A stretch of 50,376 nucleotides of DNA, from contig KZ538158.1 of assembly GCA_000934665.2 (NCBI GenBank), positions 62,001-112,376 on the forward strand, read 5' to 3'. This stretch comes from Catajapyx aquilonaris (lineage: Eukaryota). Each line of letters starts with the position of its first letter. The stretch's first letter is position 1. Shown one piece after another: positions 1 through 14,300 of the stretch. A program made the position numbers and the translations under genes. The notes under the pieces were generated by a model. It was not told the DNA's origin. It searched no databases and worked only from the letters and a program-made list of their open reading frames with translations.

Positions 1-265
1 AATGCCTCAGGAGATGTTGAGGGTTTATTATATGAGGGGTTATCGACCCCGATTCATAAAGTGTGGCACTTTAAGTTTTCATAAATTACGGAGCAAGTGT
101 CTGCCAACTGTAATTCATTAAAAAAAAAAATCAGCAATATGCCATAGTGTACTGACCTATTTCAAACACTGAAGCCGACTTTGCACCGATTTATCTCCAC
201 TTTTTTTGTACGAATTAAAAAAATTGTGGGTTTTGTGTGATATTGTGCTGATATGTGCCACAATA

Positions 266-452
266 GGCAGCATCGTGGCATAGTGATTTGGGTCACGGCC
301 ATGCCACTTCTGAGGTCACATTCGATTCCCGGACACCCTAATTTACCTCATTAAAAAATATGGGTTCTCTCCGTATAGTCGGAATCGTATCATTTCACAG
401 AAATCCATCATTAACAAGGTTATTGATAAATGTATTTTCCCAATTATTATTA
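266..452 (+). mobile_element. Degenerate SINE copy related to 4658-4923
   Basis: A-box-like tggcatagtg and B-box-like ttcgattcc, shared words atgggttctc and aaatccatca, and an attattatt tail. No TSD seen. Confidence 0.5.
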
Positions 453-916
453 GCTTACCAGTAATAGTGATAAAATGCAGCAGCGGTGAAAATGAGTTTA
501 GCTACTTCCTAGGACTTATCGTTCCAGTTCCGTCTCTGGTCTTCCGGTGTTTGTTACACAGTTTTTCCTGTTGACTGGCTCAGCTGGCGCCCCCCAGCAG
601 ATAGGCACAGGGATTTATAGACGCCTGTTTACCACTCCTGTGCTGTCCGGACCGATACGCGGTTCTAAAGAGGTCGAGCACATCGTTATTGACGATTATT
701 ACCCAAGAGCGATAACCTAGAATCAGCCAGAGTTTTGTACGTGGCGGGTAAAAATCATCGGTTCCATATGTAACCGCTGCGTTTGAATACCACGGAGTGC
801 TTGGGGGTTATGCAACCGATAGAAGAGGTCAAGGGGTGTCCTCACAGTGGGTGGGTATGGGGCAGTCGGTTGGCTGGAGTCGAAGGAACGCTACTTGGTG
901 ATCTGGGTTCTAAGAG

Positions 917-3900
917 ATGCAAGCGGTGGATTTCATGAGCAGGTTCACTCCGGGGAGGTTGAGGACCAGGAAGAAGTATGTCATCAACCGGCCAAGTCTT
1001 TGCGAGTTGTGCATTCCGGTAAGGTGGTATTGTGAGGTTCAACCGTGGTTGCATAATGTACTGTTGGTCATATTGTGAGCACACTCCCATTACATGCCCA
1101 GTGTGACATATTCATATTGGTAGAAAAAGGTTTGAAGGGAAAAGCAAAGTTGTAATCACCGCATTTGTCAATTCTAGGAGGTGGTGGGATCGCAGCCATT
1201 GCCGGTCATCATCACCGAAGACGTGGACGGAAGCATGCAGAGCAGCCAGGATAGTGGAGCACGCCCCAGGGCTGGTAACAATCATATAAGACATGTCTGA
1301 CTTTTTTGGGGGGTGGACTGCCCACACTCTCTGGCTTGTTTAATCTTAACAGGTACCTGGAGTGTGTCGTCCCACAATCGGCATCAGCTTAGTCTCAGCC
1401 GGGAGTCCAAGACCAGCAGCAGTGAAGATGCACGGCAACGACGCAAGTCTGGTGATGATATCCTCACCTCGCCGTCGAGGAAGAATGCACTCTTCGATGC
1501 ATTCAGGCCTAGGTCAAAGTCGGATGCCACCAGGAACAAAAAGCCTACACTTATGGCACAGATGAAGAATGCTGTGCATGTAAGCAAAGAGCAATATTAG
1601 CTCACTTTTATTGGCCTAGTTTTACCATATATTATAAATTATGGGATGTAATACTCTGGCTGTGACTCACTCGTAGCCATGGGATGCTTAGTACAATGCA
1701 TTGGTGGGAATTAATGGATATCCATTAGTGTCGCCGCCTGGGGGAGCTTGTCCTGTGCTTCATGTACTTGTAGAGGAAAAGCTCCGCCAGGTGGCGATAC
1801 TTGTGAAGATCCATTAATTCCCACCACTGTACGGTACATTGGTAGCATCTCTTGCAAAAATTACTGAACTGCAGTAGTTGCAGTAGTAAGTAGCTCAGTG
1901 AAACCTGTTTATAGTGGAGTTACATTCCAAGAAAATTTGCTGTAATGAACAGGCTTATGCTACAAGCATCATAAATGAAAAGTCTTTCTGCGTGACAAAA
2001 CAAAAATTTGTAAGGAACAAGTTTTCTTTGAATCTTGATTCCAGTACAGACAGATTTTACTGTAGAAGTAGGCCTACAGTTTGTGATGGTGGTGGTAGCA
2101 GCAGTAGGAGTAGGCTAATTAGTAGAGGCATAGTTTTAATTTACTTTGGTATCATTCTGGTGGTCAGTGAATGGCTGCATATGCAGGCATAGGGTTTTTT
2201 TGGGTACTCTTTTAATTCTATGTACTTGGATACTGCAAAGGGTAAGAGGGATGACTGGAAAGGGGGATGCAATGCACAGTGGTTGGTACATAAATTATTC
2301 AACGGGGTTGGGCAGAGATGTACTCAAGATGAAGTGAGATTGATTACTTCATGCCAGGCTTGCTATCATGTGCAAGCAATTTGAAAAAAATTATTTAGTT
2401 TAATTATGCCCATGAAGGAAGTTAATTTCAATTGCACTTTGCGGATTGGTATGTTGAAGGAATAATTGATTCTTGGCACAAGCTGCTGGTACCAAGGACT
2501 ATATTTCATAAGGAAAAAATCTTTCAGTCAATATGGTCCCTACTTTGTGTCAACAAAGTATCAGTAGACCTATCTTTGAATCATAGTGACAAAAAAGTAT
2601 TGCTTGATATGATAGGTGGTCCATAAATAAGGGCAACTATCGGCCTTCAAACCTAAGAGGTTCTTCCAAGCAAGTACTAGGCTAAATTGTGTAATGTATC
2701 CAGCTCAAATTTATTTCAAAAGTAATCGTAATTGGTTCGCACTACCTACTATATAATTATACATTGTGCATTTTTTTTTTCAATATACTTTTTTTTGCAA
2801 CCCACTTAGAGGGATGCAAAAGATCATGCACTCACTACAGCTCTCTTACACTACAAGCACATGGTCACTTATTAGAAAACTCCAGTTAAACAACATCTAA
2901 TAAATGCTAAATGTTAATGCTAGTAAAAGAATCGAACATTTCAGTCTGGTTGTAGTCCAATGATGGGCTATGCAACCATTATTGCATGTAATACAAAGTG
3001 GGGAAATTATTAGCCTATTGCTCCTCCACATCATGTATTTTGATCAACGTATGTATATTTAATTGCAGTGATCAGGGTTCTTTGATTCTGACAGATATTT
3101 TGACAGTAAAGAGGACAATTTTTATTTTTTGAAGCAATTGACCATATTGGTATGAAATATTTTCGTACAATAATTGAATATGTTGATGATTTTTTTTATA
3201 TGGTCTCACAATAAACGACCTCTGTGAGACATATTCATGAACATAACTTGTATTGGAATGCCTTTCTTGTTTTAATGATATAAGCAGGTTCTTGCAAACT
3301 AATGTGATTTTACTTAGATTTTAGGTCATGTGAAGAAAGGTTATCTGTGCCGTCGATTACACAGCATGTTTTGCAGTATTAATATGCAATATTACTTTCT
3401 TGAATTTCAATTTCATCCTGTGAATCCATGAATGCAATAATTTACTTCAAGAAACTTTATTCATATTATTCATATAGCAAGAAGCCAATTTCTGTTGTCT
3501 TCTTGTTAAAACCTTTTTGTTGAGCTTTCTTCAGACGAGGTCAAAAGGGATTTGGAAGAGCGCATAGACTGATCATGCTCAAGAGATATGATAGCACCTT
3601 GGCCATGTCGGTACCTAAAAAAGGACCAGTACATTAAAATTGTCTGACCTCTCTAGATAACAGATAACAGATTATGATTATATCAAGTGAATAACCTGAC
3701 ATGGTATAGAGTAGTCCATGAATGACAAAAGATAACTTGCCAGGGCAGTCAAAGTCACTATTTTTATTTATTTATTTATTTAAGTAACCCCATTGTTGGG
3801 GTAGAGCCCCTTTAGGGGGACCAGTCAAAGTCACTATTGTCAATACCACTTGATAATGGGATGGCAAATTTGGAGTTAATTTATCATTTATCAGCTAAAG

Positions 3901-6900
3901 TATGACCCCTGTAATTTTTTGAGTGGTAGTCGCGTAGTCCTACTAATATTGACATGCTTTTAAATTCTTCGAGTAGGTGGAAGAATTTAAAAGTGTGTAA
4001 TATTAAGTAAGCCTACCACTCAACTGACCATCATAACTAGTATGTGCACTTATGCATATTTGGCAGATGTCATCATCTTGGTAAGCTGTACACCAATCCT
4101 GTAGCTGGAATGTGCAATTACAATACCACACTTTTGTTGTAATTTGTACACAAGATATTTTAACCTGACTCATTTAAACCTGACGCATTGAAAGATAATT
4201 TAATGGGTGTCACTATACATATATGGTCATGTATAAAATATTCTTCACATCATTGAAGGTGATGTGTTTTTATGCCATACAAAACATGACACAGTCATAT
4301 TAAAAATTACATACTGTATTCAGTGTGTAATGTGTAGGACTCGAATGTGGGGAGGCAAGATGTTTTGCCTAGGCTACTGAACCCTTATAGCATTAGGATG
4401 GAACGTATAGTCTACCATTTTATCTTGTTTAAGAGAAGTTATAAAGTTGTTTGTGAAACTGCATGCCAAATCAACATGAATGAGGGAATGAGTGATCTCA
4501 AGGATATACGTTTTTAATGTCACAATGGCCATAAACCACCGCTAAATTATTATTTTTTAAAATCTTAATGGGCATTTCAAGGGTGAAAAACAAGGTTCAC
4601 TCAATGATAGGGAACCAATGAACCATATGCAGGCATGGTTATGAATTAATCCAGATAGGGCGACATGGTGGCCGAGTGGTTAGCGCCGCAGCCTTCCACC
4701 TCTAAGGTCTGGAGTTCGATCCCCTGGTCGGACGGAGGATACTTATGTGGATAGAGTTTCGATGGGTTCTCCCGTGTTCGCGTGGGTTTTCTCGGGGTTC
4801 TCCCGTTTCCTCCCACTATCAAAATCCATCACATTACAGGCAAATGATTAAAGTCGGGTATTCAAAAGATGATCCCCTAAGAGGCCCAAGGGGCTTATCA
4901 CGGGGTATCCATTATTATTATTAGAATTAATCCAGATAAAAATATGTGACAATATTCTAGACATCACATTTAGAAGTGGACAATTTGCTTCAAATCATAA
5001 TAGTTGGACAGCCAGAAGATGTTCCCATAGGGACCTCAGAGTAGACCTCTTTGGGTTCAATAGCCATAAGGGCAGTTGACACCTAGTGAGGTAGAGGAAG
5101 GAAGGAAAAAGCAAATGATGCAATAATTACCTTTAACGCATGGTTTATTCAAGTGTACTCTCCAAATACAATAAATAATTGTCTGGTACACTTGTCATAA
5201 AATTGTGGCTGCTGCTGGCAGAGAATTCCTCAGACAGCACTGTCAACAGAATCAGACTCTTTACCTCGCATTTGGTTCTGGAGTGGGACAGGTGACTTGG
5301 TAGGCGTGGAGAGTGCACTTGAATATTATATTGCAAGTAAATATTGCATTCTTTTTCACCTTTCCCCCTCTATCCCATGGCAATACATATTAGCCGCCTT
5401 CATTTGGGTATTGGATCTGGTGGCTTTGTGCAGGATTCCCTTTGGGAATATGTCTTCTGGCTCTCCTGTCATTCAGATATGAACCGAATTAGGTCTGAGC
5501 ACTGCTAGATTAGATGTCTGGATTTTTCACATATTTTTCCCTGGATCTATTTGTAATGTCATCTGTAGTTGATGAGCACATTTTTATCTGGCTTGTGAGT
5601 GAACCTTGTGGTTATATTACAGGGCACATTATATACTATTTCCTACCTTTTCTATGTTACTCATAAAGAATCCATTTGTATGAGCATCAGCAGTTATTAT
5701 CTAGGTTAAAAATAGTATTCAGGTAATGACAGTCCATGTTAATGAGTCATGACTTGATTTAAGCAACTCTTTCAAAATATGTGCATCGACACAGTTGTGT
5801 TTACATAATTATATCCTCATGTCTGAAAAGATGAACTCGTATTTTTGGTACACTATAAGAAAATTTCACTCACTTAAAAAACTTAATTTAGTGATACTGT
5901 ATTTAGGAATCACATGTTTTCGTTTGAGATATGATCAACCTCTAAACTGTAAGATACTATGAATTTTTTGCAGCATTCATTAATGGCATCCCCGACAAGC
6001 AGCAAGGGACCCCCGGGAGATGGGCATGGGTCAAATCATACCAGTTCAGGTGAGGTGAGCCCCGCTGGCGAGAGCAGGTACCGTCCCAGGGCAGGCTCAG
6101 AGAGCCTTAGAGGCCCAGTGTCAAAAGTCATGGACATGTTCCGCCATCGGTCCCACAGCGTCAATGCAGAGGACAAGAGAAAGTTGGTGAGTATCCATTT
6201 TGTTGTATTGGGTTGAGAGGTGCAGAGAAGGTCAGAGCATCGTTTTTATTTTTATCATCCATTCGTAGCTGTTGCCTTATGCCACTTACCTTCTCTGGGA
6301 CAGTTTCACACACTACAATATATTATCCTCAGCAATCTTGAAAATATTTATTCCCACCAGCCTGAACATGAAAATGTGTAATTGTACAGTAATGGGCATC
6401 AATATTGTGACGTTCAATACTGCATAGTTAGCAGAGCATTTTTGCCAGATGACCAGTTTTACACAGATTGTACTCATTGTACTTGTAGCTCCTTACTCCA
6501 GTTTCCATTATTATGCATTCCGGACTGTACTCTGTAGGCCCTACATTGCTCTTAAGTGTGGAGATTGATTACTCTTGCTGTGGAATTATGCTCAAGTAAA
6601 TGATGCTGAGAGGTCATGAGGATAATTTTAATGTATAGGCCTGCGCACAATCATGCCGTCCTTCATAACCCACTATACACTTGTTAAGAACAGTTGTACA
6701 GTACTCTTTTCACATGTTTGTATGGACATTTTCCGTGATAACCGCAATTCCCCTCCCTCCCTCCATCTTATCCCAACCCCACCCAGTCAACCTCCCAGAT
6801 CACCCCGTAGGTCAGAACAGCATTTTATCATTGACCTACACCAAACCCCCACGCGTGATAAAAATCCGATCTCATAAACAATATTGCCATTGGACTGGCG

Positions 6901-8307
6901 CGATATTTTATGGTCCGCCAACAATGGCTGAATGGAACAAAAGCCTCAATCCAGACCTCTGGGATCACGCAACCTGAGGGAAGCCTGAAGGGTTGCATAC
7001 ACGACAGGATAACATGTGGTACTGATTTATGATTGTTACGGCCAGAGTGATGATGCTGCGCGGCAGAGAGCAGCACGTGGGTTACGAGAAGGTGGCTCTA
7101 CCTGCACTTATGTTGTTATGTTTATGTATACTTACTAACGATTTAAGTGCAGTGCAGGGGATTTACATTTGGCATGTATCTGGGACACTGGCGTCATGTG
7201 CTTGTGAGAGAACTTTGACGAGGTCTGAGGGCGTCCTTGTGAAGGACGCCATGCACTGGTTGTATCCCTCGGGACGGACGGAAATGCGACAAGAAATAAA
7301 ATATTTAAAATGCAATTTGACCGGCAAGTTCGGTGGAAGGTCGTTAGTTTCTTGCTGTAAAAAGGTCGGGACAGGCGCACAACAATGGGTGGTGAAAGCT
7401 TCATTCGTTTTTCACTATTGCGATGATGCATATATACGAGTGTGCAAAAAGCTGCCATGTGAGATGGTGAGATCATGCTAACGCGCAACCCGATCGGTAG
7501 CATTGGAAAAAATGGAATTTTAAAATTGCCACTGAGGAATAAGGCGCAATTGAAATAAGAGCACTGTTTATGATGTTGCACATGATTGGAATATAAACAA
7601 GCATGAACTAGCTACCTGATAATAAGTCATCACATTCATTACTGTTGCATGCTGGTAACATTACAATGCAAAGGGTTTTTTTGGTCACATATTTAGTTTT
7701 TTTTTTTTGATCGCCGAATAAGCACATGTATTCTAGTTAAACCGGATTGTAACCTGATGAATAGTTCACATAAGGCTACTAAAATTGTGCTTAGATGTAT
7801 CAAAGGAGTTGTTTGAGGATAGCTATGGACTGCTTCGAATAGTAATTAGTAGCATTTGAATTTCATTGGTTATTTATACAGCGTGTAGTTCTGAAAGTAT
7901 ACAAATCCCGAAGCTTGAATCACTGGAACCAGTTTTATTCCTTCGATTTACTACTGTTCAGTGCAAATTTTATGAAGGACAGTTTTTTCCTCTGTCCGGT
8001 CATGGCCCCAATGTACTCGCCTACTACGCAGTCATCTGCAATAATGGTTATTGCAATAGGTTACATATTATCTAACGAAGATGTAGGTCATACCTCAAGG
8101 TCATGGCGTGACCGTCCTTGGAAACCTCGCACCTTTTTTTCCCCAAGATGAATCACATTTTAAGTTGGCGAGAATTATAGCCCCTCCCATCGCCAGTGAA
8201 TCTCCAGCTAACTGCTAATTTAAATCTGACGTCATTAAGAAGTCGTTCACTCCCTGTAAAGTTACCCTTGGGAGAGCCTGAACGTCGGGTAATCCCAGTT
8301 GCTGACG

Positions 8308-8371
<64 letters not shown>

Positions 8372-11300
8372 TTTAAATGAAACCGTGACATCAAATATTT
8401 AAATTCGTGACGTTATAGGAGAAGTAAGGGTATTACTATAGTACTTGTACATGGATTCAATTATTTATTTTAGCAGGAATATTTGTAGCCAATCTGAATT
8501 TGAGTGACGGAACTATGACCCGCACGTGCCCAGTTATTAAATCTAAAGGGCGTATCCTTTTATTTGATCATAGGAACGTGCCTTGTCAGGTACTCCACGT
8601 GCCTTTATTATTCGCGAATATTTCCGGACGTAGCATAATATAAATGTACTGTACACCCCCGTGGTGCTGTTCTGACGGCAGGGGCAAAAAAGGAGGACGG
8701 TGGTGCACATTGCATATGAAAGGGACCCCACGTCATGGGGACACCATACATGTGTGTACACGACACGTTGAAAAGGAAAATGATTCGGTGCCATGCAGAT
8801 ACGTTGGGATATGGACGATCGATAGTCTCCGTTGGCCTTGGCAATCAGCAGGGCAACGTTTTGGGAAAATGGGAGAGGGGTGTGTGGTGGTGGGGAGAGG
8901 AGGAGAGTCTTCGATCGGGAAGCTCTGTTGCTAAGGGGATGTGTAGAGAGAGAATTATGTGATGAAAGGTGTCATTTAGACCAATTTTTTTTGCGTATAA
9001 TAACGAGCCTCTGTAATTTTCCGGCCTTGGGATATAAGTTGCATTAAACAAAAACAAGTAGATGATCTTTTTTATGCGAGAGCCTTAGGGGGCTACTATG
9101 CGGCGATTTGTTTACTTAATCTGAGCAGGATTGGGCCTATTGTGTGGCCTTTAGGGAGAAACAGGCCGGATGGTTTGGGTAAAATTGTAAAATTGTAAGG
9201 ACTAGCCGGATGGTATATATAAACAGAATCGAGCTACGCCGCGCCGGTATACGAAGAGGTGCAAAACAAGATGCGTGATATTTGCAACGGTTTTTTAAAA
9301 ATAGCCTAAAAGCAGCCTGCTGTAAGGTGTCATCAATTGTAGTTATTGCCGGCCTTGTATAAAGGTGTTGTGTAACTTCTTAGTACGATTGTGTGAACAG
9401 CGCAGTGGTTGTTGCTGATTTCTGATACGTATGTATTGCTATTTTTTTATGGGGCCTCTTTTCAGATGTGTAGAGCTGACTGCTGTGCAATTACCGGTAC
9501 TGCAAAAGTGGCAGGAAATGCGTACAGTATAACAGTATACAGTTAATTATTGAAAGGCTTTGCAGGGTCGTCCCCTCTGTAACAAATAACCTTGTCAAAA
9601 CAGCACAGTATAAGTTAATGAGTTAATTCAGTGCCATATGTGGTTCAATTTTATGGAAAGGTGCAGTCTTCAGGCTCTCCTATTGTCCTACATAAAAAAA
9701 TGCAGATATAGAAAATGTACTTCACAATATTCCACGGAGAGTATTGTAAAAGAAAAGTCCGAAAATGTGATTTTCCTTCCAGACGTCGAATTTGACCAGC
9801 AGTGTTCGGCTTCATAATTATGTCCATCGTTATCAAGTTACTACTTACTTCGCCTATTTTAATAAATACAAATCGTATTATCAGCACAAAAAACATAGGA
9901 AATGAGCCTGCCATAGCCGTACCGGTAGCGGGATTGCCTGCTTTCCCGAGGAATACCCAAAGAACAGTCACAGGCATGCAGATTTCTCAGAGGTTAGGCC
10001 AGACTCGCCAGAGACCAAGGAGTCAGACAAATGTTGCAGTCATTCTTTGAGGACGGGGATAATAATCATTATTTGACGTGTATGTTAAAACGCTATTAGA
10101 CCCGTAAAGACCCGATGAAACTTTAAATAATCACATTTCTATGACATTTTATGGATTAAAACTACGGCTGTAATAAGGCATGTGACTTTTTATCATTGGT
10201 TCCGCACTTGCAAAAAAAAAAAGGGAAAGTAGCCTACGTTTATAGTCGTCAATGGTAAAAATTCAAGTTTTACAACAAGCCAAAATATCATATTTTTCCG
10301 GGTCGCAGAAAACAATCGCAGAAACCATCCAGTTTTTTTCGGGTCTTTACAGTAGTCACCGGGGACGTGTTTTAAAGTCCTTGGTAGGCTAAATCAAGAT
10401 CCATCTGCATATACGATAGGCAGAGGAGAGCTAATATTTGTTCTTATGGTAAAGGTCAAATATATCTCAGATTGATTCGCCAAACCTTGCAATTCAATCC
10501 CTCTATAACTAGGCTGTATATACCACAGTGTGTGAGAAATGCTGTAAAAATGTTTTGTTCTAATAATATTCCGATTCACACATGCTAAGAAAACGAGCTC
10601 ATTGCAGTTACATAAAATTTGATAAAGATGGAGCAATGCTACTGATCGCAATCTAGTAATTTATTAATAGTACCGGTAGATCATTTTTTACTGTATTGAG
10701 CAGTGACTGTGTAAGGGATTTCGTTTGACTTGCAAATAGGTGTTCACCGATATTTGTGCAATTGTTAAAGCATGTGAGTTGTAAACTTTTCCTTATTTCA
10801 GCATAGGAATATTTAAGAAGGCAGTTTCTTGTCTATTACAATTATTTTCATGCGTCATACTGTAGACAACGTAAAAAAATATATTGAAAATTGCGGTGTA
10901 ACGGAAACCCTGACGTCAATTCACTACATTTTACGTCATAGAGTTTTGCATTAGTGAGTCAGAATGTGTCACAAAATGAAAGTCGTTTACTTGAACGAGC
11001 ACGATATTTAAATGGGAAAAAAAGAAACGCGAGGCTACAAAATTACTAAGGATAGTGAGAAAACTGCTGTACCATCTCCACTAAATGAAGGCCAAATGAT
11101 TTCAATGACTCGCTGACCTTTGCAAAACTCTCGCAGGACTATCCCAGGAATATTTCAACCTGAAAATCCGAGGACGTATTACCTAACTCTACCGTCGTAA
11201 AAAAAAGTACGGACCTGTCTCAATATAAAAAGCAAAGTCACTGCAGCAATAACTTTCAGGCAAACATATCCAGCCATCAATATACGCGATGCTTACAGTG

Positions 11301-14300
11301 CATAAAGTAACACGCAGGCTAATGACTCATGCTTTTGTTCAATCACTTAGCACATGTATGCCAGAAAACGCGCGGGGTTTAAATATAGCCAGCTTGTTCG
11401 AACCATAACGCGATTAGAATTAATGCGAATGTTTGCAAAACACTAGTCGGCCATCACTAAGGCGAAGTCCAAATAGTGTGGATAGATAGGAAGCGGATTT
11501 TGTGGCAGTTGCGAAACTCTATTTGCATAATACTTGCAGCTTGCAGGTGCGTCAGCTGTAGATATCTAAATAAAAATCGGCCGATGTCAAGGAAAAAAAT
11601 GGCCTTCGCGCACATGTATGAATGTATTTTTTTACTGTGGTGTTCAGATAGTGGACTCTTTAAGTACTGCAAGTCCAACCGTAAAGAAATCGCGAAAGGG
11701 CGAAAAAAGTATGGGAATTTCAGAGAGAAGACCTGCGATTTCTTCAACATCATAAAGTTATACAAGAAGTAGCTTAATTACAGAGCTAATTGTGGAGTTT
11801 TCTGCATATTCTTTCACGAGAATGATTAATAATAATTTGGGCAGCCATTGGTTATAAACTAATGGTAATATTAGCCACAAGTTCAGGCGTAATTAAAATT
11901 GTGTCAGTGTAACGTCCCACGTAGCGGTATATTGACAAAGCGGCAGGTTAAGAAATCTCCAGGACGTGCTCTGGAATCGGGATAATTAATTCGATATTCC
12001 AGGCACGTGTTTAATTATGCGAATCTGAGGATTCATCGTGGCCGTGATTTGTGAGCCTCCGAACACTCCGGTTTGCATGGTATCTGAGGCTGGCACAAGT
12101 CTCATTGACGAATGCGGCGTCTGTGTACGTCATAAGTGCGTAATTAAAAGTTATGATCAGGCTTCTAAGGACGGCTATATTTAAACTTGTGAATATTTTT
12201 AGCGAAGCGTGTGCAAGGCAGGAGGTGTGTAGTGTTGTCTGGGGTTTATAATGACGTGTAGAATAATTCCCCAGGAATATGCAGCACCCTGGATAGGCAG
12301 TAATGCTATATATAAAGACCTTACCTGGTAAAGAGCCTTAATTTAAAGATCTACACTCAATAAAAAAACCACCGGGAGCAGATTTTGTATGCAATGGGCA
12401 CGTGAGCTGGAATGAAATGATCTGCTTACAAAGAGCACTCACTTAGACATACAGGCCATAGTGAGCAATGATCTATGATCAGGAGCGGACGCAAGGTTTT
12501 CATTAGCATTGATTCAGAATTCATTATTATTGCGATAACGTCACGTGATTAGATAGCAGCGTACCTCTCGAATACAACTGAAATGTAATTGGTGCAAGTA
12601 ACTAGGTAGAAAACAGGAAACGTGTGTGACGTCGTCTAATTGCGACATGACGCTAAGTTTATTTATTATGGCAGCAGTGTTTATTTTTGATCTCGTGATC
12701 CACAAACCCGGATATTTAAACTCTAGGTCATCACGTCGCAACCTTGCGAATATAGGTCCGCATGATGCACCTTTATTTTAACATGCATTGACCTTTGGCA
12801 AATTGTTCAAAGTAAGTCCGTGAATCATCAGCCAGTATGAAAAGTAAAATTATGCTGATGTGATCAAAGTTACTGTGTAGTCCGACCATATATTATACTC
12901 CGTTTCCCAGAGCAGAAAATGGTCCGTGGAACTGTTAGCATAATCTGACAATGGCATCAGTACAGCTGATGTCCTTGAGCGTCGGTTAGAATCTGATTAG
13001 AATGTGATTAGCGCCTTATCTTATCCAGGCCCGGCTTCAACTCAGACAAGCTTTGATCATGCATGAGTATGTGGGAGTCCTTATACATTTTATTATTGAA
13101 CCCGACGTGAGCCGTGTACCGGACCTTATCTGCTATTGGCTTGCGTGATGCTGGTAAGTTGCACGACCGGGAAATTCCATGTCAAATGAGATGTCCGTTG
13201 TCGCCTAATGGGTTAGGTGTAAATATTGTGGCCTGGATAAGTATACGCGTTGTTGTGGACATTTTTTTTGTGACAGGTGAAATATTCTCATCCGATTTGT
13301 GTACGTCGGCAAGAAGATACTGGCTGCAAACACTAGGACGTCAAAATATTGACGTTAATAGATCGGTACCAAGTACGCAAATGCATGGGTACTGTTATGC
13401 AATAATCAAGGGGGAAGATTCGAGACATGATTAATGATACGTTAAAACGTAGTGGCAGGTGCCGCACAACATATCAGAAACATCGTAAATTAAAGTTCGT
13501 ATGTTATGAAATCTCTAATGACACTTGTTTTTAAGTGGCACGTGAGAGAAAAACATGCACATGTCATGGTGGTTGACTTGTAATATTAACTATACACTGT
13601 ACCTCTTACTAGCCAGTTATATCGATCGGGGAATTTTATATTATAGATGTTATATATGTAGAGAAAGAGCTATAAATAGATAGTGTATATTGATTGTCGA
13701 CTCAGGACGCGGCTTAGCAAAAATAATTTATGACATGGAGACATCTGATGAAATAATTTTTGGCCGATAATTGGTTAGTATATACTTGCAAATGTTTTAT
13801 TGGCAGGCTTGACGATATCTCACTTCTTTTGATCGTATACCTGGGTCAGAAATATACAATTACGTGCCCGAGATAACCATTATCTGTACTATGTTCCTGA
13901 AAACAAACAATCATCGATCAACATTCATTGTTTTTCTTTTTTTTCCCATCTCGATATTTCCAATTGACACCCAAGAAAATTATCAGTGTCCACTCGCATT
14001 ATCTCAATGAAGAGACAAAACTTCGCGCGTCACATCACTTTATTTCTGTCCCACCGTTCGCGTCATGTTGACGTAAGGGTCAAAGGACCAACAACGCCAT
14101 TTTTAACCCACCTTTTTGTCACAATAGCACAATTTTTTTTCCCCCATGTCAATTTCCAAGGAATATATAGTTTTTTCACCCTTAGAGTTTCCGTGACCAT
14201 TCTTTTGTCAGTTGTCACGCAAACTTCTCTGCGCAGTCGATGCTGCCCTTCGAAATGGGTGCATTTACCAGAGGGCAAGGACTGGTATACCCGCGGGATG

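Noticed and set aside
4658..4735. tRNA-like sequence (also 49580-49656 on the minus strand)
   Set aside because: These are SINE heads: they continue into body and tail and are flanked by TSDs, so they are not called as tRNA genes.
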